NCBI GenBank assembly: GCA_002256025.1
Contig: NKIB01012763.1
Span: 51,009 to 71,008, forward strand
Length of the DNA stretch: 20,000 nucleotides
Direction of reading: 5' to 3'
Origin: Asterionella formosa
Lineage: Eukaryota
In this document: one piece after another, positions 17,955 through 20,000 of the stretch
Layout of the letters: each line of letters begins with the position of its first letter
Position numbering within the stretch: the first letter of the stretch is position 1
The notes under the pieces: model-generated
The model's database searches: none
Told to the model about the DNA's origin: nothing
What the model saw: the letters and a program-made list of their open reading frames with translations, nothing else
Program-made: the position numbers and the translations under genes

Positions 17955-20000
17955 GTTGGCTCCTGAAGTTATAGGTTACATGGCTATCTAAATTAATCTT
18001 CATGAAACCCCGCAGATGTAGAGCAATCCTCCTCCAAAAAGTCGACCCGATCGGCTTTTTCAACAGTCATCAAAATTTTGGAATCGGAATTTGTATGTGC
18101 AAAAACGTTCTTCTCATAGACTTGTTAGAGTCTTGCGTAGGTATGTTTTGCTGAATAATTCTCTGTCCAAAAAGACTCCAGGGTATGTTCCCGCATCACT
18201 ACACATATTCTGATTGGTTGAATTGAATTTATTCACCTGCTCCAGATTGGCTGTAGTATTCCGGTCTTGTAAAATCACGTCAGCCACACTTGAACCACAA
18301 GTATTAGATGTACTGTATACTGGTAAATAAAATCAGTATTGGCACTTACTATTTTCATCCTGTCTTCCATCATGTATCATGAACCAAGATTATGTACTAC
18401 CGGTATACTGGTACTCTGTTACTGATTTATATAGATACCTTTGGGCGTGGCATAATCTACAAACTACATTCGCTCAGCAACAAAGATTCAACATGTTTTT
18501 TGGCGTGGAGCAAAATCATATCTACATACAACAACGTAGATATAGTATAAATTTTTAAATATCATTTTTGTTTGTTTAAAATGGGTTTGTCTAAAATGGA
18601 ACTCTATAATCTGGTGCTGATTCCTATTTAATTCGAATATTCAAATGGACACTCAAGTCAATGGTCATAGAGGCAAACTCCTTGTTCCATACTGTTTTTG
18701 CAACCCTGGCGAGCGATGTTTTCTCCAAACTAGGGTTAAGCCGGGGCCGCAATCTTAAGTATATCATAGCTTTTAGAGAGCATCATCAATTCACCCTTCA
18801 AAATTGTTTGCATCAAGACTTGGGCCATTGCTAACCTTTGACGCAAACCAAAACCAAAAAACTTCTTTTTGGATTGGATTTCGTTTCGGTCAGACTGACG
18901 CCAAAAAGATGCTATCAGATTTTGGTAAATCTTAAATGTTGTCAACCAATATTGTGTGTTCTCGCCGGCAAGTTGCAGTGATTTTGCTTAAACTAACATA
19001 TTAATAATGGATAAAGATAGCTCTTTAGTTACAGCAAAATTACCGGAACTTGCAGATATAAGTAACGGTAATATTATACCATAATTGGTAAAATTAATCC
19101 CATATTTTATATTCTTGTAGGCCTTGTCCTCTGCTATGTGTCTACTTGGTCATTTCAATACTGGCACGGTATTGATCTGAAAATTCAATTGGAAGGACCG
19201 TGTTGCAACAGTATGTAGGTATTGAAGAATTAGACCCATTTCATTGTGGGTTTAAATTTTTGGTTTAATTCAACCACAACTTTACGCATGATCATCGGAG
19301 GAATATACACTGTACGAGTACATATTAGCTATTACACTGTACTGGTACTGGTACTGGTACCGGTCATACACAAAAATTGAACCCCATCCTCATTCATGTA
19401 CCATTTGTACCAGGTACCTGGTACTTGTTATGCAGCAGCGGTTGACTACTTCTTACCTGCAGGTAAATTAGAGGAAGGTGTGAGTGATGGGACACCAACA
19501 GCAGGTGAAGGAGGGAAGTCTGAGCTGCCAGTTTGTTTTTGGAACTATATACTTGGGTTGTACTCCCAGCAGATCGAGATGCAATATCGTCTAGTTTTGA
19601 AAGTAAGGTGGATGACATCAGCCAATCGACTCTCATCTTGAAGGAGTTTTGACTTCTGACTACTGGTAGCAGGAGTGACAAGTATGCAGAATGACGATTG
19701 AGAGTCCAGAAAGAAGTTTTCAACAATTAACAAGTTGATGAACCAACAGAAATGATGCAGGATGTGCATCGAAGAGGTAGGAGGGAGGAAGCAATTCTGT
19801 CAGTATTGTACTAGTCATTCTGTTACACCAAAAACTATTTGTTCTTTGGCAGGAATGCAAAGTTGGAACTAGGTTTGTAAGGTGGCTAAAAATGTTACAA
19901 GGGTTGTGCAGGATAAAGTAAGAAAGGTGGAGTATTTTGCTTGGCAAAGCGTTGTGTGGGATATGGTGACTAACCTACTTTGAGCTGCATTCATTTCACT

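Noticed and set aside
18735..18746. TAGGGTTA as an interstitial telomere repeat near a TRF-like gene
   Set aside because: It is barely more than one unit and is expected by chance.
18699..18978. Possible TIR pair TGCAACCCTGGCGAG / CTCGCCGGCAAGTTGCA
   Set aside because: The match is short and gapped with no evident target-site duplication, so support is insufficient.

Overview
Eukaryotic nuclear DNA with compact genes and short 84-125 bp GT-AG introns. The style is most consistent with a diatom/stramenopile (inference). Four intron-containing genes were reconstructed by hand: (1) a 921-aa protein with an N-terminal array of 13 CxxC motifs plus two KH domains (+, 108-3105); (2) a 442-aa protein with a C-terminal telobox-type Myb domain and an N-terminal helical domain resembling the TRF-homology domain (-, 5205-3691); (3) CNOT9/RCD1/Caf40 (+, 7470-8480); (4) eIF4G with a 4E-binding motif, a MIF4G domain carrying a ~125-aa insertion, and MA3 (-, 17029-13415). 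Intergenic blocks contain a 1.42-kb CAC...GTG TIR element flanked by TA (10968-12389), a probable Stowaway-like MITE (6027-6747), a ~0.5-kb dispersed repeat with an internal 20-bp minisatellite (two long copies plus a permuted partial copy), a 79-bp tandem dimer, a heptamer array, a 36-bp-arm hairpin and a possible decayed gene remnant. All four start codons are preceded by TACCGGTA/TACCAGGTA/GGTACC-type motifs. No CRISPR array, rRNA or tRNA gene was seen.
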